Of a DNA stretch of 64,000 bases, positions 30,837 through 40,721 are shown piece after piece. Numbering within the stretch: the stretch's first letter is position 1; each line of letters begins with the position of its first letter. The translations under genes and the position numbers were made by a program. Source of the DNA: a bacterium (lineage in GTDB: Bacteria; Hinthialibacterota; Hinthialibacteria; Hinthialibacterales; Hinthialibacteraceae); assembly GCA_963663405.2 (NCBI GenBank), contig CAXXSM010000004.1, positions 29,450-93,449 on the forward strand. Direction: 5' to 3'. A model generated the notes under the pieces. That model was given only the letters and a program-made list of their open reading frames with translations. It made no database searches and was not told the origin of the DNA.

Positions 30837-31072
30837 TCGTTCATTACCGGAAACAATGAATGTTCCATTTTCTCAATGGTTCGTAAGGTGGACCGAAGAG
30901 TGGTTTCTTCGAACCGGATCTCTGATGAATTCTTTTGAGGATTTCGGTGTAATTTATTTAAGCGATTGCGACTCGCATCAACCATATTGCGCAGATCTCT
31001 GATTCTCTGAATAGTAATCCAATCCAGTGGTTCACTCACTAAAAAAGTCCGGTCTTCAAAGCAGGGATTCAT
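30833..31072 (-). CDS. Small coiled-coil hypothetical protein
   Basis: Start overlaps the stop of the upstream gene 31069-31377. Confidence 0.6.
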   Translation of the reverse strand: MNPCFEDRTFLVSEPLDWITIQRIRDLRNMVDASRNRLNKLHRNPQKNSSEIRFEETTLRSTLRTIEKMEHSLFPVMND

Positions 31073-31377
31073 GGTAGACGGTTAGGGATCGATGGATGGG
31101 GAGGAGACTGTGTCGGCTGATATCCTGACTCTGGTTTCTTGAGTATGAGCACCTCATAAGACTTTTTAAGAACCAGGATCGCCTTGGGGATATCATTGAT
31201 ATCAAGCCGGTGTGTGCTTTTAAAATGACCGCTTTCATCCTTGTAGATCCGTTCCACCGCGACTTTCGCGCTGGTAAACGATTTACCATCGGTGGATTGA
31301 TGTGGATTCATCCAGATAGCGGCGCGAACCGCCCCGGCTTTAAATTCCATCTCCGGTTTAGCGGCTATTCCATTCAT
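31069..31377 (-). CDS. Putative PC4-like ssDNA-binding protein
   Basis: PE.EFKAGAVRAAIW.N...VERIYKD..G.FKST..L...DIPKA.LVL.K.YE; GGTGAT RBS. Confidence 0.7.
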   Translation of the reverse strand: MNGIAAKPEMEFKAGAVRAAIWMNPHQSTDGKSFTSAKVAVERIYKDESGHFKSTHRLDINDIPKAILVLKKSYEVLILKKPESGYQPTQSPPHPSIPNRLP

Positions 31378-31532
31378 GGTTCATCACCGTATTCCGGTTG
31401 TCTTTTGGGCGTGAATCGCCGTTTACAGGATTTGCATTGGCGAATTCGAACGCTTCCTTCTTTCAATTTACGATAGCCCCGCCAAATAGTGTTTGACGAT
31501 GAACAATAAGGACATTCAAATAGTTCTTCCAT
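31374..31532 (-). CDS. 52-aa Zn-ribbon protein, not in the ORF track
   Basis: MEELFECPYCSSSNTIWRGYRKLKEGSVRIRQCKSCKRRFTPKRQPEYGDEP; AGGTGAT RBS; ATGA overlap with the next gene. Confidence 0.8.
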   Translation of the reverse strand: MEELFECPYCSSSNTIWRGYRKLKEGSVRIRQCKSCKRRFTPKRQPEYGDEP

Positions 31533-31567
31533 ACTTGATCACCTGTAAAACAATAGGTCTCGACATC

Positions 31568-31607
31568 TATATAAACCTTTCGTTTTTCCAACCGAAACAT
31601 CTATATG
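31568..31607. promoter_or_regulatory. Divergent pair of BRE+TATA-like motifs
   Basis: - strand CGAAAGG-TTTATATA (31582-31568); + strand CCGAAACA-TCTATATG (31592-31607), 30 nt before the SD-less ATG at 31630. Confidence 0.65.
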
Positions 31608-31629
31608 CTTTGCGCATATCCTCAATAAC

Positions 31630-32403
31630 ATGATCATTACACGAAGGAATCCAAATCCTCTGATTGCGGCGATCGATCGTGTTCACGATCGAGTGACAAC
31701 AATCCAGACCATTGCGCGGAATTTTTACTTGGCAGTGCTGCGGATGCGCTACCGGTGCCCCCACTGCGGCCAAAAAATGAAGGTTCACTCTCCTACGACA
31801 TGGCGATGTTCCTGTGGCGTTCAACTCGATCCGACAATCGAGTTTCAACCAAGCCCCTGTTGCAAAGCCAGGTTAACGAAGAAAGTGTATCATTACGTCT
31901 GTACGCAATGCGGCGCTGCGGTTCCGTCCAAATTTCTCTTCGATGAAAGGCTGTTCGACGCGGACTATTTCAGAGAGCGGATGAAAGAATCACGGGAACG
32001 GAAACAACAACTCCGGGAGAGGCTGAGAAAACAACTTGCTGATTCCCGCTCGAAAGAACTGGAATTGGAGGATTATCCCCAATTGGACACCATCCCAGGA
32101 TTGGAACAAGATTTAAACCGGTTGATTGGAACCGAATCGGGGAATGATGTGTTTGCGTTTAATCGTTCGGAGACGTTCTGCATGACCGATTATCACCGAG
32201 CCATTTCCACTCTTGTCAACCAGCGCGGTGTGCTCTTTTCACAAATCCCCGCGTTGCATCCTTCCACACCGAAGGATCGAATCTGGCGGTTTATCACCTT
32301 GATTTTCATGGAACATGACCGGGAAGTCCATTTGCGGCAAGAGGGGGATGATATCTGGGTGTTCAAACGGGATTGCGATGAAGAGATCGAAAACCTTAAA
32401 TAG
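31630..32403 (+). CDS. Multi-Zn-ribbon protein with ScpA/kleisin-like C-terminal winged helix
   Basis: CPHC, CSC, SPCC, CTQC; C-terminal RFITLIFMEHDREVHLRQEGDDIWV. Confidence 0.75.
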   Translation: MIITRRNPNPLIAAIDRVHDRVTTIQTIARNFYLAVLRMRYRCPHCGQKMKVHSPTTWRCSCGVQLDPTIEFQPSPCCKARLTKKVYHYVCTQCGAAVPSKFLFDERLFDADYFRERMKESRERKQQLRERLRKQLADSRSKELELEDYPQLDTIPGLEQDLNRLIGTESGNDVFAFNRSETFCMTDYHRAISTLVNQRGVLFSQIPALHPSTPKDRIWRFITLIFMEHDREVHLRQEGDDIWVFKRDCDEEIENLK

Positions 32404-32770
32404 AACATCTATCCAAGAGATAAATGTGAAACTAACACAAAAGGATTTGGAGTTTATTCAACGGTTGAAAGGTCTGTTTGAGGAGAACGATCTGTCGATC
32501 GAGCTGAAGCAGACCGATCCGAAGACGTTGGTGTTGCGAAAAAATTACGGGACGAAAATAGAGCGCGCGTTTGGCATGACGCGCCAGGGAATCCGATGGA
32601 GGTTCCAACGGTTATTCAATGATATTTACGTGAACGCGTATACAACGATCTATTGGTTAGAATCCAATTTTGGCTCATACCTACGATCTCAGGCGCTTGA
32701 AATCGCGAAAGAACGAGTGACATTACGCAAACGAGTCAATCATGCCAATCAATCCTACCGCCCCAAATAA
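32378..32770 (+). CDS. Hypothetical HTH-like protein
   Basis: IERAFGMTRQGIRWRF; overlaps both neighbouring genes. Confidence 0.75.
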   Translation: MKRSKTLNRTSIQEINVKLTQKDLEFIQRLKGLFEENDLSIELKQTDPKTLVLRKNYGTKIERAFGMTRQGIRWRFQRLFNDIYVNAYTTIYWLESNFGSYLRSQALEIAKERVTLRKRVNHANQSYRPK

Positions 32771-33185
32771 AATGGCTTCGACAAAAATCGAGATCAATCA
32801 CAACACGATAGCCCGGTTAGAATCCGCGGATGAGTTGGCGAGAATTCTCTTTCCAGATAACTCTAATCATCAAAAGATTTTTCTATCGATCTTTGTGGAA
32901 CTGAAATGGGCCAAGGATCAGTTCTTGCCGGTCCTGGATCCCATCGTGGATCAACTGGGACTGAGCCGCCGGAGTTTGGAAACGGTTCGCGCCAAAATGC
33001 GGCGAATGGGGCTGATCGATCATGTCTCCCGGTTCAACAAAACCTACGGCTATCGGGAAGGCTGGGTGTTTTCAAACAAATTTCCCCGGGCCTTAGTGAA
33101 AGTGGCCAATTTAGTTCTAAAATTCCGTGAGAAGAAGGATTCCGTCCAGGAACAGAAAGAAAGGGATCTGATATTTTACCTTTGA
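32742..33185 (+). CDS. Winged-helix DNA-binding protein
   Basis: IVDQLGLSRRSLETVRAKMRRMGLI; alternative start at 32772. Confidence 0.8.
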   Translation: MPINPTAPNKMASTKIEINHNTIARLESADELARILFPDNSNHQKIFLSIFVELKWAKDQFLPVLDPIVDQLGLSRRSLETVRAKMRRMGLIDHVSRFNKTYGYREGWVFSNKFPRALVKVANLVLKFREKKDSVQEQKERDLIFYL

Positions 33186-33566
33186 GAATTCTCTTTTGAT
33201 TGCTGTAAAATACTCAAAAAATGAGTTCAATTTATGTTTCTCGTCGATAAAGTCATATGCATAAGTTCAATGGACAGCCTACACGATAGTAAAGGTATAT
33301 ACCCTCCTAAAATTTCATCCCATTCCGCAAGAAAACTGCATATTTTTCAATCTTTTAGTTGGAGTTCGCTTGTCCCCCCACCCCCTTGCGCTCAAATCAC
33401 ACGCTTTCGCACGGTTTTCAGTAGGAGATCATTTTTGGAAGATCTCCAAAAGATGAGTCACGAAATTTTAACAAGGAAGAAAAAATGAATTCGTTCAGAA
33501 ACCGTCTATTTTGATCGAAAAGGCAGGGGTAAAAAATAACAATTCAAACCAAGACAACTATTTTGA

Positions 33567-33740
33567 CTAATATTTCTTGACTCTCTTGTCTTTCCACTCG
33601 TTCTCAGCCAACCAAATGCGCGGATCTTCATATCGCAGCCGGTAAATAATGTGTTCGACTTTTAGGTTGACTTCTTTGAGCTGTTCTTCAATCCAATCGG
33701 CGATTTCATTCTCGGGTGTGTGGGGTGTGATTCGTTTCAT
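33567..33740 (-). CDS. 57-aa hypothetical protein, not in the ORF track
   Basis: MKRITPHTPENEIADWIEEQLKEVNLKVEHIIYRLRYEDPRIWLAENEWKDKRVKKY; ATG 31 nt after CCGTAACC-TTTAAATA. Confidence 0.6.
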   Translation of the reverse strand: MKRITPHTPENEIADWIEEQLKEVNLKVEHIIYRLRYEDPRIWLAENEWKDKRVKKY

Positions 33741-33763
33741 GGGACAAGGAGAATTGTCACTAC

Positions 33764-33856
33764 TATTTAAAGGTTACGGTTCGCAGTCACTCAAGAGATA
33801 CAACAATCCTCTCAAAATGAAGTTGTCCAAACGCTAAAAACCGGAAGATTTATAAA
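33764..33856. promoter_or_regulatory. Divergent BRE+TATA-like pair upstream of module copy 2
   Basis: - strand CCGTAACC-TTTAAATA (33779-33764); + strand CCGGAAGA-TTTATAAA (33841-33856). Confidence 0.6.
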
Positions 33857-33879
33857 TCGGAGAGAATTCACTTCTGCGC

Positions 33880-34225
33880 AAGAACAACAAAACACCATCC
33901 GAAAGTAGCATCTTTTCCACCAGGAAAATGAGATGACTTTCGGGTTGGAAAATAAAAAAAAGACCACATGAAACCATTGTCCGTATCCGGTTTTGTCCCA
34001 ACAAACCGTTGAACAGCGAATGAATGGTCTGTGGTCAAGACATGAAATCCATACGGGACATTCCCGTCGATAAACGTAAAATGGCGAGATTCGCCTAGTG
34101 AATACTCTCTGCCTCTCTTCTCGATCGATCCGATCGCATTTTCTATTCAAAACCGCATCCAAATAGCAAAACAACCTGGCAGGGCAGATACTGGCCTGCC
34201 AGGCCGTTTTGCCTCAACCATAACA
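33880..34225 (+). ncRNA. Putative structured leader RNA or ssDNA element, copy 2
   Basis: Stems 33899-33906/33936-33943, 33962-33968/34030-34036, 34175-34183/34195-34203; shared motifs at 34004-34019 and 34096-34108. Confidence 0.55.
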
Positions 34226-34239
34226 ATGGAGGTTCCAAA

Positions 34240-34503
34240 ATGAAAGAAACCAATCGAACAAGCAGTACCGTAGAAAGCCAGCCCCAGATCGTTGTGTCAC
34301 GAGCCGTATACGAAACATTGACACCGGAGGAAATCCATCACGCGTTCACGATTCTCTTTGAGAAGATGAAGGTTCCCGATCCAGCCAATCCCAACCTATG
34401 GACCGTCCAGATCAATGGAAGCCGGTTGTGGGGCATCCTGGATGAAGGAGCCGGAACCGATGGACAGAATCTCGTGTCGTTGATTTTTCCAGAGGATTAC
34501 TAA
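34240..34503 (+). CDS. Small PEDY-tail protein, paralog of 5807
   Basis: GGAGG RBS; high similarity to copy 1. Confidence 0.85.
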   Translation: MKETNRTSSTVESQPQIVVSRAVYETLTPEEIHHAFTILFEKMKVPDPANPNLWTVQINGSRLWGILDEGAGTDGQNLVSLIFPEDY

Positions 34504-34535
34504 TTCAATAAAAAAAATGAGGAGGTATCAAAACA

Positions 34536-34973
34536 ATGAAAAACACCAAAAGAAAAGGAAATCGAACGATGAAGGTCCATTACACTATCGTGGATGGAGA
34601 ACACGAGTACTGTGAGACGATCTTCATAAAATCGGATGGTGAAAACAAAGAAGATCAAGCTTACAAGGAACTCGCTGCGATGTACGCGTATGATGCGGAG
34701 GAAGAACGTGAAATCATGGCCAACCTTAAAAGCGATGGAATGGCGATGATCGGTTGCCGGGCCATCAAGGATGTTACAGTCATGGATTTGGATGAAGTAA
34801 CCGTCTTTGTGCGCGGTGGCGTCATCCAGGATATTCAAAACATCCCCGCTGGCGTAAGAATCCGTGTCCAGGATTACGATGTGGACAGTCTCACCGCACA
34901 AGAGCTACGCGAGAAAACGGAACCGGATGAAGAAGGTGATCCATGTATGGTCTCCACTTGGGGAAGTGAGTAA
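34536..34973 (+). CDS. Acidic hypothetical protein, paralog of 6111
   Basis: GAGGAGG RBS; similarity to copy 1. Confidence 0.85.
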   Translation: MKNTKRKGNRTMKVHYTIVDGEHEYCETIFIKSDGENKEDQAYKELAAMYAYDAEEEREIMANLKSDGMAMIGCRAIKDVTVMDLDEVTVFVRGGVIQDIQNIPAGVRIRVQDYDVDSLTAQELREKTEPDEEGDPCMVSTWGSE

Positions 34974-35102
34974 TCCACTTTCCTTTTTCTCACTCCTCGA
35001 ATCATCCTACAAGTTATCCTTCCCCCGCATAGATGATGCGCTACCTCAACATCAATGACATCGATGTTGATTAGTTCTATTTGAATCAATTCATAGGCAA
35101 AA

Positions 35103-35137
35103 GGCCGGATGGAACTCAGGTTCTATCCGGTCTTTTT
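35103..35137 (+). terminator. Internal terminator-like hairpin
   Basis: GGCCGGATGGAAC...GTTCTATCCGGTC + T5. Confidence 0.7.
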
Positions 35138-35181
35138 CAATTTCACCGTAAACCACACGAATCAAAGAAAGGAAAAAGAAA

Positions 35182-35418
35182 ATGTGCATCAAAGAAATCC
35201 AATGCCCGCATTGTGGAAATGAAAATGTGAAACGTATCCAGCTCTGCGTCGTGCTCCCTTCCAGCATCTATCGGAATCTCTACCAGGACGATCGTGGTTT
35301 GATCTGGGCGGAAGAGGAAATCGATTCTGTCGAAGACGGAATCAATCCAGTAATGGAATATCTCTACTGCCAAAACTGTGAGAAAGATTTCACCGATCCT
35401 GGAATCAAGATCCAATGA
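35182..35418 (+). CDS. Small acidic Zn-ribbon protein, paralog of 6753
   Basis: CPHC...CQNC. Confidence 0.85.
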   Translation: MCIKEIQCPHCGNENVKRIQLCVVLPSSIYRNLYQDDRGLIWAEEEIDSVEDGINPVMEYLYCQNCEKDFTDPGIKIQ

Positions 35419-35588
35419 GCTGATAACACTCATTGGAGCCAAGAATAAAGACGAACAGCTCTTAAGCTAAATAGATCCGCCTTCTTTTTGTTTTAAGAGA
35501 TGATATGAACATTGTTACCCACCAACGCTGCAGAGAATCAATTTATGTTACTAGGTTTTACCATTTTAGCGAACGTATCAAGCGATAT

Positions 35589-36329
35589 CTAATTTTTCAA
35601 TTGATTGAAGCGATTGGGATTAGCGTTGTATAAATCATTGGCTAGATGTTCAATGAATTGGTAGGGATCTTGGTTCGTCATTAATATCCTCAAGTGTCCA
35701 GTATCCTGAAAAAATAATTCTCTTTGACGTGGATCAATTGCCTTTTTTGAAAGAAAAAAGAAACAGAAAAAACCACCCAACATTATTCCCACCCATGCAG
35801 TTTCATCAATATCTGACATTCCTATACAGTGTATCATATTAGATGTGATGTCGATATGCTTTGAGGAATAGAGTATGACACACCCGTAAGTTTCTGTATC
35901 CCCTGGCACCTCCGAAAGGAGCATATTCCTGATAGTAGTCTCATGTTTTCCTAGGTTAATAGATGAGAATCCGTCTTGTGTACTTATTCCAACACGCCAA
36001 AGGATCGAAAGTTGAAATAATTTAAACTTTTTATAATCAATTTCACATTCAAAACCTTTTGCACTTTTTGTTGTGGTAGCAATGCATTCTCTCTCATATA
36101 GAACTTTGTGAGCATAACCTTCCCATTGGCTTAATTTGTTTTCACAATTCTTACATAATAATTTTTCACGGATTCCTTTTTGTACAATACGAGGATGCTT
36201 CCTATGCTCCGTGGAGAGAATATTAAAGCGATGCTTGCAGTCATAAAGCTGCATTTTTTCGTAAAAGAATTCCGGAATCACATGCGAGTTACATAGTTTT
36301 GCTTGTTGTAAGCATAGACGGCATTTCAT
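35589..36329 (-). CDS. HNH-like Zn-binding endonuclease-family protein (cargo)
   Basis: CRLC...SHVIP...LLCKNCEN; AT-rich gene. Confidence 0.7.
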   Translation of the reverse strand: MKCRLCLQQAKLCNSHVIPEFFYEKMQLYDCKHRFNILSTEHRKHPRIVQKGIREKLLCKNCENKLSQWEGYAHKVLYERECIATTTKSAKGFECEIDYKKFKLFQLSILWRVGISTQDGFSSINLGKHETTIRNMLLSEVPGDTETYGCVILYSSKHIDITSNMIHCIGMSDIDETAWVGIMLGGFFCFFFLSKKAIDPRQRELFFQDTGHLRILMTNQDPYQFIEHLANDLYNANPNRFNQLKN

Positions 36330-36506
36330 AATATCGTACATTCTTTGCAATCTTTCGTGAACATCACCTTATTAGTATAAATTCTTTTAGAGGTAGTCGA
36401 TCAGAGAATCCTACTTTTAAATTATTTGATTCAGCATACCTTTATCATCAGTTCCAACTGTCAGGCTTGCCAACTTATAACGATATTTTTTACATAAATA
36501 TCACCA

Positions 36507-37412
36507 TCAATTAGCTTTATAGTTAGAGTGCTTGATCTGTGTCACACTCATGTCGCTGTGTATTTGATAAATATATATGTGAAAGTTCTCACCACTAATA
36601 TTTAGTTGGTTCTCGGCATCATCCTGAAGTTCCTTAATACTATCGTAAGAAAGGTTAAGTGGATTGAAGAGCATACTGCGAACCACAACAAGAACTGCGT
36701 CAGCTTCTTTAATGCTAACTTCCATATATCCCAATCTTGCCTTGATTGATCTAGCTTCCATTGATGTAGAAACACTTGGTGCAATCACGGCTACGCGTAG
36801 TCCAGACGATGTAGTATTTTGCTGATCTGAAACATGTGGTGGCTGTTGTGTGGTTCTTGAGCTATCTCCCGCTTGCGCAACAGTAATTAAAAGTAGTTCC
36901 ACGTGTTTGCGTAATACCTCCTTTTCTTCATCTGTAAGTTTATGTAATCCCATTTCATGTTGATTAGCTGGAGGGAAAATATTGTCAAATGTAAGTAACA
37001 CTTTGCCTGGAGTCATGTTGGCTTGTTTCAAACTTAACTCCATATGCAAAAGTTCTTCCAAAGAGTATTGCTTCCAATCAATGTCTTTTTTTGAAGTCTG
37101 CACTATTCGCTTTGCAGTGTTTATCCTCGCTTCAGCATCAATTAACTGTTGCAAGGAGGAATTTTGCCAATCAAGGGTGATCGCGTGTTCGCGTTTGATT
37201 CTTGCCACAGTGTCAAGCCGCAATTCAATGTTAGATATTTCAAGAAGGGAAGCGTTTCGCCAGTCAACATCTATGCCATGGGTTTTCTTGATACGTAAAG
37301 CGGCGCTTTCACGCATATGAGAATCATCTATCTTTGATTGTCCATCTACATAAGTGATGGTAAAAAAGAAAAAAGTGATAAAAGTTGGAAGTAGTTTTAA
37401 ATATGTTCTCAT
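36507..37412 (-). CDS. Secreted hypothetical protein with three ~31-aa repeats (cargo)
   Basis: Signal peptide MRTYLKLLPTFITFFFF; repeats RI......DW...SL..L...E; GGAGG RBS. Confidence 0.75.
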   Translation of the reverse strand: MRTYLKLLPTFITFFFFTITYVDGQSKIDDSHMRESAALRIKKTHGIDVDWRNASLLEISNIELRLDTVARIKREHAITLDWQNSSLQQLIDAEARINTAKRIVQTSKKDIDWKQYSLEELLHMELSLKQANMTPGKVLLTFDNIFPPANQHEMGLHKLTDEEKEVLRKHVELLLITVAQAGDSSRTTQQPPHVSDQQNTTSSGLRVAVIAPSVSTSMEARSIKARLGYMEVSIKEADAVLVVVRSMLFNPLNLSYDSIKELQDDAENQLNISGENFHIYIYQIHSDMSVTQIKHSNYKAN

Positions 37413-37663
37413 TTCAATCAATCCTCCCTTGAGTACTTGATGCATCAGTTCTGTCTACTTCATACAATTGGAAAAAGAGTACGAGAATGACTTTGATTAA
37501 TTGGCCACTCTTATAATTGTTATTTTTTGTGACGCGATCAATTCAATTATGGTTTCTTTTTTATTATAGGCTCAAATAAATGGAGTATACAAGCTGGAGG
37601 TATCAAAAAATAATATATGTAAGATTTACGAACATTTACAGTTTTTTTAATTTCACACATTAA

Positions 37664-37689
37664 CCTGGCTCTTTTGCCAGGATTTTTTT
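37664..37689 (+). terminator. Terminator-like hairpin before the AAA gene
   Basis: CCTGGC-TCTTTT-GCCAGG + T7. Confidence 0.65.
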
Positions 37690-37706
37690 ATTAGAAAGGA
37701 AACGAG

Positions 37707-38801
37707 ATGAATACTATCACCTGTCAGCTTTGTGGAGAGTCAATCCATGGCTCCTTGTATGGTCACTTGGGTGAATGTCACCGTACAACAGCGCAAGAGT
37801 ACCTGAAGCAATATCCGGGCGCGCCTTTGGTGGCTCCCGAATTACTCAACCAGATTCAATCCGGCAAAACCGTCAAACGAACACCGGTTCAAGCCACAGC
37901 GGAATTCCGGATACATGACGCGGCGCTCAAAAAGAGAAATGGCGCAAATCCGATAGTGCCTAACTCTGATCCGCATTACCAATTCCCGCCCGAGGCCGCT
38001 TACCTGATCCACTCCATCAACCACCAGGAAAACGTGATGATCGTCGGTCCGACCGGCACAGGGAAAAGTTCGCTGGTCATGCAGCTCGCCGCCCAGACCA
38101 ATACGCCTTTGCGGCGCTGCAACCTAAATGGCGAGACTACGGTCTCTGATTTCTTGGGACGCTGGACTGTTCGCGGCAAAGAGATGGTCTACAGCGAGGG
38201 CATCCTGCCCACCGCCATGAAGAATGGAGATTGGTTGCTGCTCGATGAGATCGACGCGGCGCTGCCGAATATTCTATTCGTGCTCCAAAGCGTGCTCGAA
38301 GAATGCGGCAAGCTCACACTCCTTGAAAAAGACGGCGAGATTATCGCTCCCCATCCCGATTTTCGCATCATCGCCACTGCCAATACGCTTGGTAATGGAG
38401 ATGAGTCCGGACTATACGCTGGAACGCAGATACTCAACGAAGCCTTCAAAGACCGCTTTGACACAGTCATATATTTGGACTACCCGGATGAGAAGACCGA
38501 AACCGAAATCCTCTCTCAAAAAGTCTCCAACCTAAAAAAGACTGACATCAGACGACTGGTGAAATGCGCTCGCCAGGTCCGGGAAGCGGCGGAACGCGAA
38601 GAGTGCTATTGCAGTTTTTCCACCCGTCGCTTGCTCGCATTCGCCAGGAAATACGATCAACTCGGTAATTTAACTAAAGCGTTGGAACTGACCGTTCTCA
38701 ACAAACTCTCCCGTGATGACCGGCGCGTCGTTGAAGAAATCGCGCAGCGGCGACTGGGAGATCTCATGAATCCCCAACCGAAAGGAGCAAATGAATCATG
38801 A
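37707..38801 (+). CDS. MoxR/CbbQ/CobS-like AAA+ ATPase, intact
   Basis: Zn finger C..C...H...H, GPTGTGKS, LLLDEID, IATANT, FSTRRL. Confidence 0.92.
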   Translation: MNTITCQLCGESIHGSLYGHLGECHRTTAQEYLKQYPGAPLVAPELLNQIQSGKTVKRTPVQATAEFRIHDAALKKRNGANPIVPNSDPHYQFPPEAAYLIHSINHQENVMIVGPTGTGKSSLVMQLAAQTNTPLRRCNLNGETTVSDFLGRWTVRGKEMVYSEGILPTAMKNGDWLLLDEIDAALPNILFVLQSVLEECGKLTLLEKDGEIIAPHPDFRIIATANTLGNGDESGLYAGTQILNEAFKDRFDTVIYLDYPDEKTETEILSQKVSNLKKTDIRRLVKCARQVREAAEREECYCSFSTRRLLAFARKYDQLGNLTKALELTVLNKLSRDDRRVVEEIAQRRLGDLMNPQPKGANES

Positions 38802-40679
38802 AGAATCTAAGCGGATTAGAAACAACCTTGGAACGTGTTGGTCGAATCTTGTCACGCAAGTACAACATCTCGGTCCAATGCAAAGGAAACGAATGCAAGA
38901 CCGACGGCCGGACTATCTGGCTGCCGGCGCTGCCGGACGAGATCTCTGAGTCGTTATGGAGTTTGGTCCGTGGCGAGCTGGATCATGAGACCGCCCATAT
39001 CCTCTTCAGCGACTTTGATGGCCGCATGAAGAATTTCAAACAGAAATGGGGCGATTTCGGATTCGACACACTTAATGTCATTGAAGACGTGAGAGTCAAT
39101 TACGCCATGCAGAAGGAGTATCCGGGTTCCCGTCACAACATCCTGCACAGTATCGCGGAGATCACTCGTACCCATCCCATCGATCAAATGCCTCTCCCAG
39201 TCCGGTTCTTGTGTGGTCTGTTCCTCGCTGGAATGGATCTGCTCTATGACCAGTATGGCGAAGACGCGATCGGAATGGTGGAACAATTCAAGAACGATGC
39301 GGAGCGGTTCAAATCCCTCCGTAACACTGACGAAGCCTGCGCAATGGCGGAAAGTATCCTGGAACGCCTCAAGCATAAAGCTGAGCAAGAAAGACAACCT
39401 TCAAATTCAAAGCAGCAAAATAGCGCGGAAAAGAACCAAGAATCACACTCACAATCCTCATCCGGTGAATCCAAACAAGAATCAACAGAGAAGGAGCAGC
39501 GATCAGCAAAATCCGCTTCCTCTAACGGTCAAGAAGAATCTGACAATCGGCAAAACAGTTCTGGGGAACAAAAGGATGATTCTATGGATAAACAAAAATG
39601 GTTCTAGTTCAGATGCGCATTCAAACATGAAAAGCAGTCCACAAGATGAATCTGAGAATGGAAATCAAGGAGCTATGGAGCAAGCCCTACACGGACAATA
39701 CTCATCCACCGGCCATCCATTCGAGCTCCAAGGCACTATCAGAGAGCAAGTCCAAGAAGAATTCAGCAATGGAACAAACCAAGCCTACCGGGTATACGAT
39801 CCATCGCTGGATAAAGCTGTCACGCCTCTATCATTGGATAACGGTGAAACCTATCAAAACCTGAGCAATGTCGTTCGGCCTCATGTAGGCGCTCTTCGTC
39901 AGCAGTTGATTCGAACTCTCCGCTCGCGCGATACCCGGTTCTGGGTCAACGACCAAGAAGAAGGCCAGGTCAATAGCAAAAGGCTTTATACGCTACTCAA
40001 CCAGGGCTCGAACAAAGTCTTCCGACAAATCCAGGAATGCGAATCGGACTCGGTGGCGGTGTCGCTTCTTATCGATCTATCCGGCTCGATGAACGGCCCA
40101 CGCATCTACCTGGCCCGCCAGGTCGTCATTCTGTTCGCTGAAACACTCAACCAGCTGCGTATCCCGTCAGAGGTGATCGGTTTTACAACCGAGCCTTCCA
40201 AACGGGCCTTCGCTCGATTGACACGGGAAACGGGGATGGATTTGCAACAACTCTCCACACTCTACACCCGTTTCTTTCCCTGTGTCTATTCCATCTTCAA
40301 GGCGTTCGACGAACCATTCCGAGCGTTGAAACCGCGCGTTCCCGCCATGAACGCCCTGGAGTACACGCCCATCGATGACGCTATCATTTTCGCCGCTAAA
40401 CGGATCGTCTTTCGGAAGGAAACGCGAAAAATCATCCTTGTCCTTACCGATGGAGAACCGTATAGCGGAAATCCAACGATGCAGCTGGCTGTCATCAAAC
40501 ATCTTGTAGAAAATCTGCGCAAATGCGAACAGGCCGGAATCGAGTGTGTGGCCGTTGGCATCCAAGCGGATTACGTAAAGAATTTCTTCAAAGAGAACGT
40601 AGTCGTTCAAAACCTGCCCGAACTCCCCAAAGCGTTCTACACGAAGTTCTCGGAATTGCTCCGCAGAAACCGCAAATAA
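38798..40679 (+). CDS. CobT-like HExxH + vWA protein; one frameshift near 39595 in an A run
   Basis: LDHETAH; DLSGSM; LTDGEP; two overlapping ORFs join in the linker. Confidence 0.88.
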
Positions 40680-40721
40680 CCTGCAACAAATAACCATTTA
40701 ATTTCGAAAGGAGATTTATCA

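Noticed and set aside
35419-37660. Integron cassette array
   Set aside because: Only isolated GTT-like cores; no paired attC arms and no IntI.
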